A DNA stretch of 64,000 nucleotides from Lama guanicoe (taxonomy: Eukaryota), in the NCBI GenBank assembly GCA_013239625.1, contig MU056000.1, positions 9,172,970 through 9,236,969 on the forward strand, read 5' to 3'. This document shows, piece by piece, positions 1 through 11,617 of this stretch. The first letter of the stretch is position 1. Each line of letters starts with the position of its first letter. The notes below the pieces were generated by a model, which did not search any database, was not told where the DNA came from, and saw only the letters and a list, made by a program, of their open reading frames with translations. Position numbers and translations under genes: made by a program.

Positions 1-400
1 AACTAAGTCCAATTTTCAACACAAAATTATTAGACATGGGAAAAAATAGGATAACGAGACATAAATTGAAGAAAAGAGGAAGATAATGAAAACAGAGTCT
101 GAGTAGGTCCAGGCATTGGATTTAGCAGAGAAAGACTTCAAAGCATATATTTAAAGAATTAAAGGAAAATACACTTTAAAATAAAGGAAAATATGGATTC
201 CGAAAAGGAATATCAAAAGAAAAGTTGAAATAATTTTAAAATGTTAAAGCTGAAAGTAGAATAACTAAAATTAAAAACATACTATTTAGGCTCATAGCAG
301 ATCGGAGATAAAAAAAATATAATGTGTAACCTTAAAGACAGACTTAAAGGAACTACCCTCTCTGAAGAACAGAAAGACAAAGATTGGAGAAATAAAGATA
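1..400 (+). mobile_element. Ancient LINE-1 (L1M) ORF1-region fragment
   Basis: A-rich strand with L1M ORF1 motifs (ttggatttagcagagaaagacttcaaagca; ttaaagaattaaaggaaaat; gctgaaagtagaataactaaaattaaaaa). No intact ORF. Confidence 0.65.
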
Positions 401-1290
401 GATTTCCATTTCCAACAGAATGTAACAGGAACTAGATTTACCTTTCTTCTTTAAACAACTAGAAAACCAAATAAAATACATAAAATGACGATTTTCAGAT
501 ACTGCACAAGCAAAAGCGTAGAATAGTGATTGTTGAAAGGATTGCCTTAGACTACTACCTAAAAAAGAGTTTCCTGACCTCAGTACACAGTAAACCAAAA
601 GGGCTTTGTGGTCTTGCTGATTTGAATAGAAAGAGTTTATTCACAGTCCAGGTCCAATTGGCTTAATTTTCAGCCCAGAGTAGAGAGGATGGAGCCATAG
701 TGGGAAAACGATCAGAGATCTCTGCAGGAGGTCCTTAGGCTCTTTGACTGAGAACTGATCAGTACGTACGTGGGAAGAAACTCTGGAGAAAGAGCCACAA
801 GGAGGAATTGTGATGAACTGAGTAATTCCTACAGGTCACACAGGGCTGAGGATATTCTGACACTCAGCAAGAAGAGGAAAATAAGCTATCTAGTAATCTG
901 GGTATTGTGTAAACTCTTCAGAAAGTTAATAGCTAAGTTCTAGCCTAAAATCTGCTTCAGACTTGCCCTAAAAAAAACTTTCTTAGCTTCAGAAGTGATA
1001 ACAGTTATCCCAAGTAATTTACACACCAGAATGGCCCCCAAATGAGTGACCTAAATGACCAGTTTTAGAAACAAACAGCACAAACACATTAACACCAAAT
1101 GAAGCATAAAAAAGGAAGTAAGTATAAGTGCAGAAACCAATGAAGTATGAAACAGAAGAATAATAGGAAAAAAACAGAGATATCAAAAGATCACTTGAAA
1201 AAATCAATAACAATAAACATCTAGCCAGACTGATCAGCAAAAACGAGAGAAGAAACTTACCAGCAATGCCAAGAATGTAAGAGGGCACGT
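401..1290 (+). mobile_element. Ancient L1M 5' region joined to a short ORF2 fragment (internally deleted)
   Basis: The 5'-end-like text (tttccatttccaacagaatgtaacaggaactagatttacc...aaacaactagaaaacc) is followed from ~1040 by ORF2 motifs (gcagaaaccaatgaa; aaaatcaataacaataaacatctagccagactgatcag). Confidence 0.65.
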
Positions 1291-1770
1291 CTCCCCTTAG
1301 GCACAGTTCACACCTTTGCATATGCATTCTGCTCTGTCTCATGTCAAGGTTGTGACCCATGATGCCTTTTTGTTTCCATTTACCTGGTTAATGCTATTCT
1401 TCATTCCTTTATTTTGCATTGAAATCACTGAACCACTTTATTTCAGGTGTGCCTCTTGTTAACAGTATATAGTTATTTGCCACCTTTTTTTTTTTTTTTT
1501 TTGGTGAGGTGTCTACTGAGGTCTTTAACTCATTTTTTAATCTGGCTGATTTCTCATTGTTCAGTTTTAAAAATTCTTTGTATATTTAGAATAATAGTTC
1601 TTTATCTCATGTGTCTTTTGCAAATATTTGCTCCTGGTCTATGATTCACCATTTCACTCTCTTGATATTACCCTATAAGCACATCAGACTTTTTGAGTTT
1701 TAATGAAGTCCAGTTATCTGTTATTTCTTTCATGGTACTGCCTATGATGTTGCTTGTAAAAAGTCATCAC

Positions 1771-2023
1771 TGTATTGATTGATGCCCTTATCAGGAAAGG
1801 AAGAGACACCAGGAATGCCTGTGCAGAGAGGAAAGCCATGTAAAGCCACAGCAAGAAGGTAGCTTAACATCACAAGTTAAAGGCGGAGGCCTCAGGAGAA
1901 TTCAGATCTGCCAAGATTTTGTTCTTGGACTTTCGGTATTCAGACCTGTGAGAAAATACACTTCTGTGTTTAAGCCACCCAGACTATGACATTTGGTTAG
2001 GGTAGCGCTAGCAGACTCATACA
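1771..2023 (+). mobile_element. ERVL-MaLR LTR (MLT1A/B-like), partial, nested in L1
   Basis: gcccttatcaggaaaggaagagacacc...ttcttggactt...tgtgagaaaatacacttctgtgtttaagccacccagactatg...gcagactcataca, the typical MLT1 3' end. Confidence 0.8.
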
Positions 2024-2082
2024 ACTCCTATTATTTCTCCTAAGAGTTGTTTAATTTAGCTCTTACATTACGATCCATTTTG

Positions 2083-2248
2083 TTTGAAGTATAGTCAGTT
2101 TACACTGTTGTGTCAGTTTCTGGTGTACAGCACAACACTTCAGTCATACAGGAACATACATATATTCGTTTTCACATTCTTTTTAGCCATAAGCTATTAC
2201 AAGATACTGAATATAGTTCCCTATGCTATACAGTATAAACTTGCTGTT
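2083..2248 (-). mobile_element. 5'-truncated lineage-type L1 3' end with a 17-bp TSD
   Basis: ttgaagtatagtcagtttacactgttgtgtcagtttctggtgtacagca...tatagttccctatgctatacagta. Flanked by cattacgatccattttg (2066-2082) and cattatgattcattttg (2249-2265), 15/17 identical. Confidence 0.85.
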
Positions 2249-4190
2249 CATTATGATTCATTTTGAGTTAATTTTTCTACAAGATATGAGGGCTAGTGAA
2301 GGTTCTTTTTTTTTTTAAATGGGTATCTGGTTGTCCCAGCATCACTCATGAGCATCACTCAGATCTTTCCTCACTTAAATATTGCAACACTTACCAAAAA
2401 TCAATTGACCATACATTAAGGGTTTATTTCTGGACCCCCTCCCCTCCAGTTCTAAGCCATTCATCTCTGCATCTATTCTTATCACAATGTATTCATTCCT
2501 GTGGTTTTAGGTGAATTTTGATATTGGAAAATGTGAGTACACCAATTTTTTCCTCTTTACTTTTATTTTTTTATACTTATTCATCAATATTGTTTTGCCT
2601 TCTGATCCATTTAAATTTATATGAATTTTAGAATCAGTTTGTCAATTTATCCAAAAAGGGCAGCTGGCATTTTCATGGGGATCTTGTTGAATCTGTAAAT
2701 CACTTTGAGTGGTCTTGTCATCAGATGCATAACTCCTTTTACATGTAACTGCATAGGGGTTGCTAGAATTTTGTTGAGGACTTTGATGAGGTCTTAGTTT
2801 TCTTTCCTTGTGACGTGTTCATCTGGTTTTTGTAAATCCAGGTGATACTGGCCTCATTGAATTAGTTTAAAAATATTCTATACACTTTGATTTTTCAGGA
2901 GAGTTTTTAAAACACTGACGTTAAGTCCTCTTTAAACACTTGGCATAATTCACAAGTGAAGTTACCTGACTGGGAATTTCCTTGTGGGATTTAAAAAATT
3001 TTTCCCTTTATCCGTCATATATTATGTTCTAGTTTTTCTTTAGTAACTTTCACAGAGGTCAATTACAGCAGTCAAACAAATGTCTTAAGTTTTCAGGACA
3101 ACCCTGCAGAAATATATAGTACATCAATTTCAATGTCCCTCTTCCCCAGAGCTCTTAAAGCTTTATTAAAGTCACACCAGCTCCTCAGATAGACTAGTTG
3201 CAAAATAGCAAAACCCAATGTTTTTCACATTGAAGGACTTTCCTTGTTTTCACAGAGCTAAAGCTCTATCTCCCTTTATCTTGAAGTCTGAGTATTTGCT
3301 CCCAATTTTCTACATGACATTTGCATCTTTATAGATTCCATTCTTGGCTTATATCACTGAATACCATGCATTGCATTTCAGCTTCTGAGAGAACTAAAAG
3401 AGCCATTGTTTGAGAAATTCAAATGTTTAGAAAATGTGTTTTCTTATTTTAGTAATGCAACTCTAGGGGGCACAGCCAGATATTCAAGTCTTCAGAAGAA
3501 TGCAAGACAGGCCAGTCTCACCGAGGGATTTCTGTGGAGGAGTGTTGCTTGGTAACTATACTTTATGACTACAAAGATGAATGAATCTGTTCTTATTCCA
3601 TGCATATAAATTTTAATGTTATCTCTGGTCATGGAACAATGAATATGCTAGCAGCTGAGGATTCTCACCACTGACCCATTAGTGCCCTCAACTCTGATTA
3701 CAAAATATAAAACTTTCCAAAGTATGTTATAGCTGTGACTTTCTATTAGCTGACACTGGTGCTCAGACAGACTTGCTAAATTACTTGTAGATATTAATGT
3801 AAATTATTGCTGATTTTAAGTGTGGTGGCCATCCAGTGATTTCATGTTCTCACTCCTTGGACTTCAAGGCAACTCAATTTAATGACTTCCTTATGGGAAA
3901 ATCAAATTCTGTTAAAAATGTCATATTCCCCTTTTCTTATTAGACATTGCGATCAATAATTGTGGAGAGCTATGTTTATCTCAACTACTTTACATATGCA
4001 GACCAAATGAGTATTCTGAATGCAAAATTAATTTTCACAGCAACTAGCTGTGTTTGTTCTGGGCCAGCTTAGTTCTTCCAGTCAAACTCAGATTTATTTA
4101 CTTGTTAAAAGGACAAAAAAGAAACTTTAAAATTTCTTGAATGTGTTTATACATGGCCCTCCATAAGTCTCAATGATTTCTCGATTGCCT

Positions 4191-4232
4191 TGAGAAAATG
4201 GATGTTTGCACTGAGAAAATGGATGTTTGCAT
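4191..4232. repeat. 21-bp tandem duplication (tgagaaaatggatgtttgcay x2)
   Basis: Directly visible: 4191-4211 and 4212-4232, with the first 20 bp identical. Confidence 0.95.
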
Positions 4233-5959
4233 GTCCCCATTATTTTGATTGCCAATGGCAAAATGATCAACAATCTACCATTTAGATAATTGATGTGTGT
4301 GCATTTTAACTCTAAGAATACCAATTTTGTAAAGAATAGCACATATTAATTGAAAGTTAGTGTCTTAGCCAATACCTTTCCTCTTCCAGGTACAGCTCCC
4401 TAGCTGTCTGTGGTCTAGCAGTGATCAGCATTGTGATGTCAAGAAAGTTAACTCACTAGTTTGATGAAGTAATGACAAACAATTTGATGTTCACTGGCCC
4501 CAGTGACTCCATTTATTTTTATTGTTGTGTTTGTTTGCTTATGTGTTTATTTGGAGTTAGTTTCCCAGGTTGCACAGGAGGGGAGGGACAGCCCTCAAAA
4601 ATCCCGCTCTGTCAGTCAGGCTTTGGTCAGCACAGACATTTCATCCACTGAGTATTCCAGACTTGACTACACGGAGTGTCTGTGATGGGCTTATGGCATC
4701 CTCCTTTAGCTGACATCACAAACAAGCATGGGGACTAGTGAATTGAGATTCTTGAGAGCACTGGGGTGGACCATAATTTAGTGGTTCTTCATAAACTGTA
4801 ACACTGAAGTTCAAAGCCTCAAATGTCTTCCTTCCACATGGACGCTGACCTTGGTCTCGTGACTGGCCTTGGGCAATGGAAACTAAGCAAACACGACAGA
4901 AATGGAAGGTCGGTAAGCATTTCGGCATGTGTACTTGGAGCTTGCTTTTCTTTGGAATGTTCTTGGGATCTAATTAATTTAAAAAGAAGCCAACTGTACC
5001 ACAGGAAGGAACCAAGAGAGACAGTCACCCCAGACTTGCAGCTGTCCCCACTAAGGTACAGAGAGGCTGTTTCATGTTCCCGCATGAGCCGTTACTTAAT
5101 TGCAGCTGCACAAAAGGCACCAAATGAGTCCAGCAGAAGAATCAACTTAAAAAATAATATAAGAAATAATTAATTTATCTTAGGTTAAGCCATTCAACAT
5201 TATGTTTCATTGAGAACCATATAGACTGTCTCATTCATAGCAAACAAAGTACACTAATTAAATACAACCTTACATACAAATATATGACCTTTAAAACCAT
5301 TTCTGCATCCTTTTTTCTTGCCTTTGCCTGCTTGCAGTTGTATACTTAAGATCCTGATTGGTCAGAATTCACATAGGTATAATACATAAAGCAAATGATC
5401 CAGTTCTTCCATTTCAAAATAAAACTTTAAACTAATCACAAGGCTTGCAAAGTTTATTATCCCTACAGGAGCAACTCTTTTAGAGAAATGCAGCTAAATT
5501 TTATATAACAATATTTATCAAGAATGGATTCAATGATCCGATTTATTATGATTCAATCAAATTCACTTCTGTATTTAAATCCAAAGGAGTCTATTATCTG
5601 AGGGGCTATATTTGGTTGTAGTCTTTTACTTGATTAGATTTTTTGTTGAGAAAAACATACATTAAATGTGTACTAACAGATCTATAAGATAATAAAATGA
5701 AATAATTTTACTGTCTTGTTCAACCAATGTAAATCAGTTTTAAAAAGTTTGAGCTTGAAATAGAAAACAGTGACAAATTAGAAATGCATTTCAGTGACTT
5801 TTTCTAAAATAAGTCTTAATCAAACATAGCATTCATGCTGGAAAATACAGAAATCATAGGTAAGCAACTTGATACATTTTCTCAAAATAAACTCATCTTT
5901 TAACAGATCAAAAGATAGACATCTTCAGTACCTGAAGACATTGTAGTAAATAACCTCAA

Positions 5960-6440
5960 ACTTCCCCAAAGATGACAACTGTCCTGCTTTCTCATGGCCT
6001 AATTTAGTTTTATTTAATTTTTATTTTATAATACACTTTTGTCTAGCTTTTATTTTTCACTCTCAGTATATGTTTGAGTCTTACACTTAAACTTACAGCC
6101 ATTTTGTGCAGCAATAATTGCTCATTTTAATTTTGTGTATTACTCCATAGTAATAATTTACCTTAAATTATTTACCAATTTTAATGATTGTTTTAGTCAG
6201 TGATTTTAATTTATGAGGATACCATAAAAATTGTCTTTTGTACAAATGTGTACTCATTTCTTTTCTATATATGCCAAGGATTAGAATTTCTACATCTTAG
6301 AGTGTGAATATACGTAACTTCAGTGCATATGCCAAAACATTCTCCAGAATGTCTGTACCAGCGTTTGCTCCAAACAGCAGTGTATGAGATGTCCAGTTGC
6401 TTCACATCCTCACCAATGCTTGAATCTGTCAGTGTTTCTC
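5960..6440 (-). mobile_element. L1ME-like 3' fragment
   Basis: cagcagtgtatgagatgtccagttgcttcacatcctcaccaatgcttg and related antisense L1 ORF2-end/3'UTR motifs. Confidence 0.75.
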
Positions 6441-6444
6441 CAAA

Positions 6445-7265
6445 TCAACTAATTAAAGTATAATTTATCTAAAATAAAATGTTCACATTTTAAGTGTACA
6501 ATTCAGATTTTTGACAAACATACACACCTATGTAATCACCATCTCAATCAGTATGGAGAACGTTTCTGTTGCCCAACAAGTTTCTTCATGGGCTTTCCCA
6601 CCGCCAACCCCAAGTAACCAGTGTTTGATTTTTATGATAATTTATTACTTTTGCCTGTTATCAAACTTCATAGGAATGGAATTATACTGTATATGCTCTT
6701 TTGTGACTGCCTTACTTTCCTCAGCAAAGTGTTTTTAAGATTAATATGTACTGTTATGTTTATGCAATTCATTCATTTCTACTTGTGAGTAAGATCTCAT
6801 TGTATGGATATACCATAATTTAGTTTATCTATTTATCTGCAAATAGAAATTTGAGCTGTTTCCAGTTCAAAGTTATTATGAAAAAAAGAAACTTCTATAA
6901 ACAGTTGTGTATGTGCTTTGTGCAGATATGGTTTAGGTTTTCTTGAATAAAGGTAGGAGTAGAATTAATCTGAGTCTCTTCGTAAGTGTATGCTTATGTA
7001 TGTGTCTAAGAAACTGATGAACTCTTTTATGAAATGGTTGTAATGTGCACTTTCACCAGGAATGTGTGAATTTTAGTTGCAAGAATTCCTCATCAACATG
7101 GCTAGACTATAATTTTAACTACCTAGTGGATGTGAAATGGTATGTCTGCATGATTTTAATTTGAACTTGACTAAAAATATTGAGCATATTAAGCATATTG
7201 CATGCCCATATTGGTCATTCATATTTTCTTTTATAAAATATGTTTCAATATTTTGCCCATTATAT
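6445..7265 (-). mobile_element. Second L1ME/L1MB-like 3' end
   Basis: aagtataatttatctaaaataaaatgttcacattttaagtgtacaattc...cattgtatggatataccataatttagtttatc...tagtggatgtgaaatggtat. Confidence 0.8.
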
Positions 7266-7314
7266 ATTTGTGTATATATGTATATGCGTGTGTGTGTGTG
7301 TGTGTAGTGTATGA

Positions 7315-7751
7315 ACATTTCTTTACACTAACAATGAAACATCAGAAAAGGAAAGTAAAGTGTGGAGGGTATAGCTCGAGTGGTAGAGAGCATGCTTAGC
7401 GTACACTAGCTCGTGGGTTCAATCCCCAGTACTTCCATCAAATAAATAAATAAATAAACCTAGTTACCTACCCCCCAAAACAAATAAATAAAATTAAAAA
7501 AAAAGGAAAGGAAAGAAACAATTCTTTTTAAAATTGCATCCAAAAAATAAAATACTCAGGAATAACTCTGACCAAGGAAGTGAAAGACTTAAATATGGAA
7601 AACTACAAAACATTCATTAAGGAAATTAAAGATGACTTAAAGAAATGGAAAGATATCCCATGTTCTTGGATTGGAAGAATAAATATTGTTAAGAAGGACA
7701 TACTACCCAAAGCAGTCTACAGATTTAATGCGATCCCTATCAAATTACCAA
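7315..7751 (+). mobile_element. LINE-1 ORF2 fragment (C-terminal to the RT core), interrupted by a SINE
   Basis: ORF 7580-7765 translates to [54 protein letters not shown], the canonical L1 ORF2p motif. Isolated fragment, not a functional CDS. Confidence 0.95.
7361..7500 (+). mobile_element. tRNA-Ala-derived SINE (camelid vic-1 type), long-tail form
   Basis: ggagggtatagctcgagtggtagagagcatgcttagc...gggttcaatccccagtacttcca (A and B boxes), then (aaat)n, acctagttacctacccccc and an A-rich tail. TSD aaaaggaaagtaaag (7346-7360) / aaaaggaaaggaaag (7501-7515). Confidence 0.9.
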
Positions 7752-10409
7752 GAGCTAAGTTTTGAAATTATAGGAATGTGTATCCTGGGTAGAACTGTCC
7801 AATTTAGAAAGAAGTTGGTAATTGCACTAGTAAATAGAAGATTTTTAATGTACTCCGACTCTGTGGCCCTACCACATCTCACTCTGGCACGTGCAGAGGC
7901 ATATAGTTTGATATACCTTCGGATAGGATATTAGAACAGTGAAAAATTTAAGGAATTACATGTTACTTGGAAATGTGTGGCACACTTCATAAAAGCAAGT
8001 GGAAGATACGTCACTCAATCAACTTGCACTCAATTTAGCTCTGAAAAGACAAGCTCAGATATCAAGCTACTAATGGAAATTGGGATATTTAATCAGATAT
8101 TCACTGAAGGGAAACAAAAAGACTTAAGCAAGGCCCGGATGCTGCACACTTATCACTCACCTAAGTCATCCGAGCACAGGCATGTCTTCAATACCCCTGG
8201 AAAGAGAGATACTCATGCAGTGGGAGACTCTTCCCAGCTTCATTTACATTTCAGGTATCTGGATTTTTGACTTGCATACTACTGAAGTGGAAATCAAGCA
8301 GGGTTTTTTTCTTTTCCCCTGTTTTTCTTCTGGTTGCCCACCTTCCTCTAAATATAAATAAGTTGTTCTAATGCACTTGACAATTTCCAGAAATAGATAT
8401 TTGGACTGAACTCTGTCCTGGTTCTAGAAACATAATTTTGATTCAAAATACTTCAGAGATCGATGATTTGTTGGGTTTTAAAAAAAAAAAAAAACTGTTG
8501 ATTTGGGTCTGATCTTCCAGTAGTCATTCTAACGAACACTGTGTTTCTTAAAAAGAGGACACACGGCACTTAGCTTTGCAAATGCTAAAAGGAATATACA
8601 GTTGCCAACCAGAGAATTTCAAGGCTTAGCTGGTAAAAAATTTTTGACTCCATCTAAATTATATGAATAAAAATTTGTGGTTGATATTGAAAACATTGGA
8701 AGACAAAAGTTAGAAGGGTGGAATATCAGAATGGAACTATTTTGGTAATTATTATTAACTACACTTTTTCCTAGAAATTTGCTGTAGAAAGAAGTTGATT
8801 TGATGGTTTAATTTGCATATTTAATGTTGTTATTTGGATGTATTGCCTAACAACTAATTAAAAAATTAAATTATATGGCTAAAGTTTTAACTAAGAAACA
8901 GGGTAGGAAATGAATTGTTGGCCTATTTTAAAATGTGTCTTCAATATTTATTTAATTAATGTCCTATTTTGATTCATTTCTTTGTTTTTGAAAAGGAAAG
9001 GTTTTACAGTCCCAAGAGGAGGTAGTGGTTGCTAGTGGATCAGTCACCTCAAAAGGCAGACACAGTTTGCTCCCCTCAAATTTTGGTCTTTCTCTCACGA
9101 GGCTGCCACACATGTAATTGACAGTAGGTTTAGGTTTTAATCACAATGGACTTAAAGTAAAAATGTACAGAGAGATACTGTCTTACTGTTGCTAATATTT
9201 CAAAGTGGGGAGGATGTAATAATAAAATAAGTCATTAAGGAAACTCGTTTCACCATAGAGATCCATTATATTTTTTCCATGAGAAAGACTTGATTAATTT
9301 TATTAATAAAACTGTAAGGAGTGTGAAATCCATTTGGCCACATTGTGCAGGGAGAGAGATTTTGAATTTGGATTGTTTGTGCTGCAGATCCATGTGTCTC
9401 TTGGCTTCTTAAATCATCTAAGATTGCCCTAATTTAACACTCCTCTATTGCATTGCAAACATTTGTTTACCTGGCTGTCCCCATCAGCTTGGAGGGATTA
9501 TTTATGATTATTCACATATAGATACATATACATGACAGTTATAGTGATGTAATGCTTAATGAAAGAGTGAAAGATGATGAGAAGGAAGGATGTATGAATA
9601 TTATATGATTCTTATAAGCATATTTGGAAATAAGCAATAATACTTCCCCCTTTTCCTACAGAAACACAATAAGATTCTATAATGTGTCTATAATTAAACA
9701 CATAGTAGTGGTGACACTGATGCAGGTAGTTTGGTGGCTAATATGGCATCAATTCATTTGAACAATGTCGCTTTACTATCTCTACTTCCTTGTCATGGTT
9801 TCATTAATTATGCTTTTGTAAATCGTGATACAGAAAGTCTGATATTTCCTTAGTGATTGGGAACCCTCTTAATATGCTTTTGACATGTTGAAAAATATCC
9901 AGTCTTAATCATGTCTTGCCTTCCTAGCCTTTTCTTTCCCTGCAACAATGCTAATACAAGCTTAAATGACAATTAATAGGAAGGTAATGTAATTTGAAAT
10001 ATGATTCAAATCACTCAGTCTCTCAGTCATCTCTACAGATTTCAACATAAACAAATTTAGCATAGTGTATTATTTTTAATTTCTTTTTTACTTTTTCTAC
10101 TAAATGATGATGTTTGACAATACAGAAAGCAGTTTTAACTAGATTTGCACATTTCAAATTGGACTAGTCTCAGTTTGGGGTCTAAGAAGGGTACAAAACT
10201 GCCATCATTTACAATAATTACTGGATTAATACTCTCCTAGAGACTCAATAGTAATGAATTATTACCTAGGTATATTTATCATTGTGAAGATTTATCATAA
10301 TGTAAAAAAGCTGAATTAATTTTTTTCATTTTGTAAAAGACTCAATATTCTGGTTATAAGCAGAGACTTCATTTTTCATTAATTTGTCACTACTTTTGAA
10401 GAATTCCCT

Positions 10410-10712
10410 TCCTTGTGTGTTTGGACCAGAAGGGCAGCAGCTGCTGTGACCTTTTCTGAGGGCTGACGTTGGCGCTGTACCAGGGGCTGTGTCCAGGGTC
10501 CAAGTCTGCCCGCTGTGTGATGCCGGCTGGATGACCCACTCTCTGGATGCTTCCTGTGGAGTGATTAGGTCTGTGGACCTGGCTTACCAGCTTCCTGAAA
10601 CACGCTTGTTTTCCAAAAGGGTTCTCCAGCCATCCTCGTTATTCTGTGAGCTGTCCTGTGTCTTTCTCATTCTACCTTTCCGTGTTTAATCCAGGCGGAG
10701 TTGGTTTTGAAA
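10410..10712 (+). mobile_element. Ancient ERVL LTR fragment (LTR67B/LTR33-like)
   Basis: The 3' part ttctgtgagctgtcctgtgtctttctcattctacctttccgtgtttaatccaggcggagttggtttt resembles the poly(A)/U5 region of these LTRs. Heavily diverged. Confidence 0.45.
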
Positions 10713-10714
10713 AG

Positions 10715-10985
10715 TGTGTTTTTTTCCTCTGGCCACCACAACAAATCGTTACATGCTCAGTAGCATTAACTACAGAAATTTACTCTCTCACAGTTCTAGA
10801 GGCCAGAAATCCAAACTCAAGGTGTCATCAGGGCCATACTTCTGCTGAAGATTCTGGGGAGGACCCTTCCCTTCCAACTCTTGGTGGCTCCACACTTTCC
10901 TTGGCTTTTCTGCGCCCATGACCCTAAACTCCACCTCTGTGTTCACGTTGCTTCCTCCTAATCATAAATCTGTGTCTTTCCTCTT
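10715..10985 (-). mobile_element. MaLR LTR (MLT1C/D-like), partial
   Basis: acagaaatttactctctcacagttctagaggccagaaatccaaactcaaggtgtcatcagggccatacttctgctgaagattctggggagga. Confidence 0.85.
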
Positions 10986-11014
10986 CTTTCTCTCTCTCTC
11001 TCTTTTTTCTTTTT

Positions 11015-11125
11015 TGCAAAGTTTTTAATTATGATTAAAAAAAAGATAACATAAAATTTACCGTCTTAACCATTTTTATGTTTCCATTAGTGTCAGGTAT
11101 AGTCATGTTTGTGTAATCAATTTTA
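11015..11125 (-). mobile_element. L1MB-like extreme 3' end fragment
   Basis: ataacataaaatttaccgtcttaaccattttta. Confidence 0.65.
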
Positions 11126-11536
11126 TTTGCTTTGTTTTAACATAATCCCAAATTGGTCTTCTCAAATGTCTTTTATTCAGTACATATTATTCTAACAATG
11201 TCACTTAAGAAATAATCCAAGTGGTGCCGTATACTTACAGAGCACTTAATATCCAATCAAAAATGAATTATATTTTCAAAATTTTATTTTTGAAGATTTG
11301 CAAACTTCACAGTCTTATTGGTGGATCATGTTTATTATTGGAGTGGATTTGACCTATGAAAGGAGGCTTATTTTATATACAAATTAAATCTGGACACTTC
11401 TTCATTTATATCACCTTATCTGAGATTTTGCAATGTTTGGAAATGCACAAGTATAATATGCATAATGTGCATTGTAGTCTTTATATCTGAGATGTTCAAT
11501 TACAAATAATTGACTATAACCTTAATATTCCCTCTT

Positions 11537-11548
11537 TATATGTATATG

Positions 11549-11579
<31 letters not shown>

Positions 11580-11617
11580 ATATATATATATGTGTGTGTA
11601 TATATATATATATATAT
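11537..11617. repeat. Compound (TG)n/(TA)n microsatellite
   Basis: Directly visible alternating TG and TA blocks. Confidence 0.95.

Larger units (their letters stand above)
1480..3010 (-). mobile_element. Old L1M ORF2 fragment carrying two nested insertions
   Basis: Antisense L1 motifs (tttgcaaatatttgctcc; ttttaatgaagtccagttatct; cattttgagttaattttt; atgaattttagaatcagtttgtcaattt; atactggcctcattgaattag). Confidence 0.8.

Noticed and set aside
7580..7765. Reverse-transcriptase-related ORF as an active or domesticated gene
   Set aside because: It is a ~60-codon isolated L1 ORF2 fragment with a SINE inserted just upstream and no catalytic core.
9019..9050. let-7-like sequence gaggtagtggttgctagt with a small hairpin
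   Set aside because: It shares the GAGGTAG seed but has indels relative to let-7, lacks the let-7 3' arm, and the stem is far too short for a pre-miRNA.
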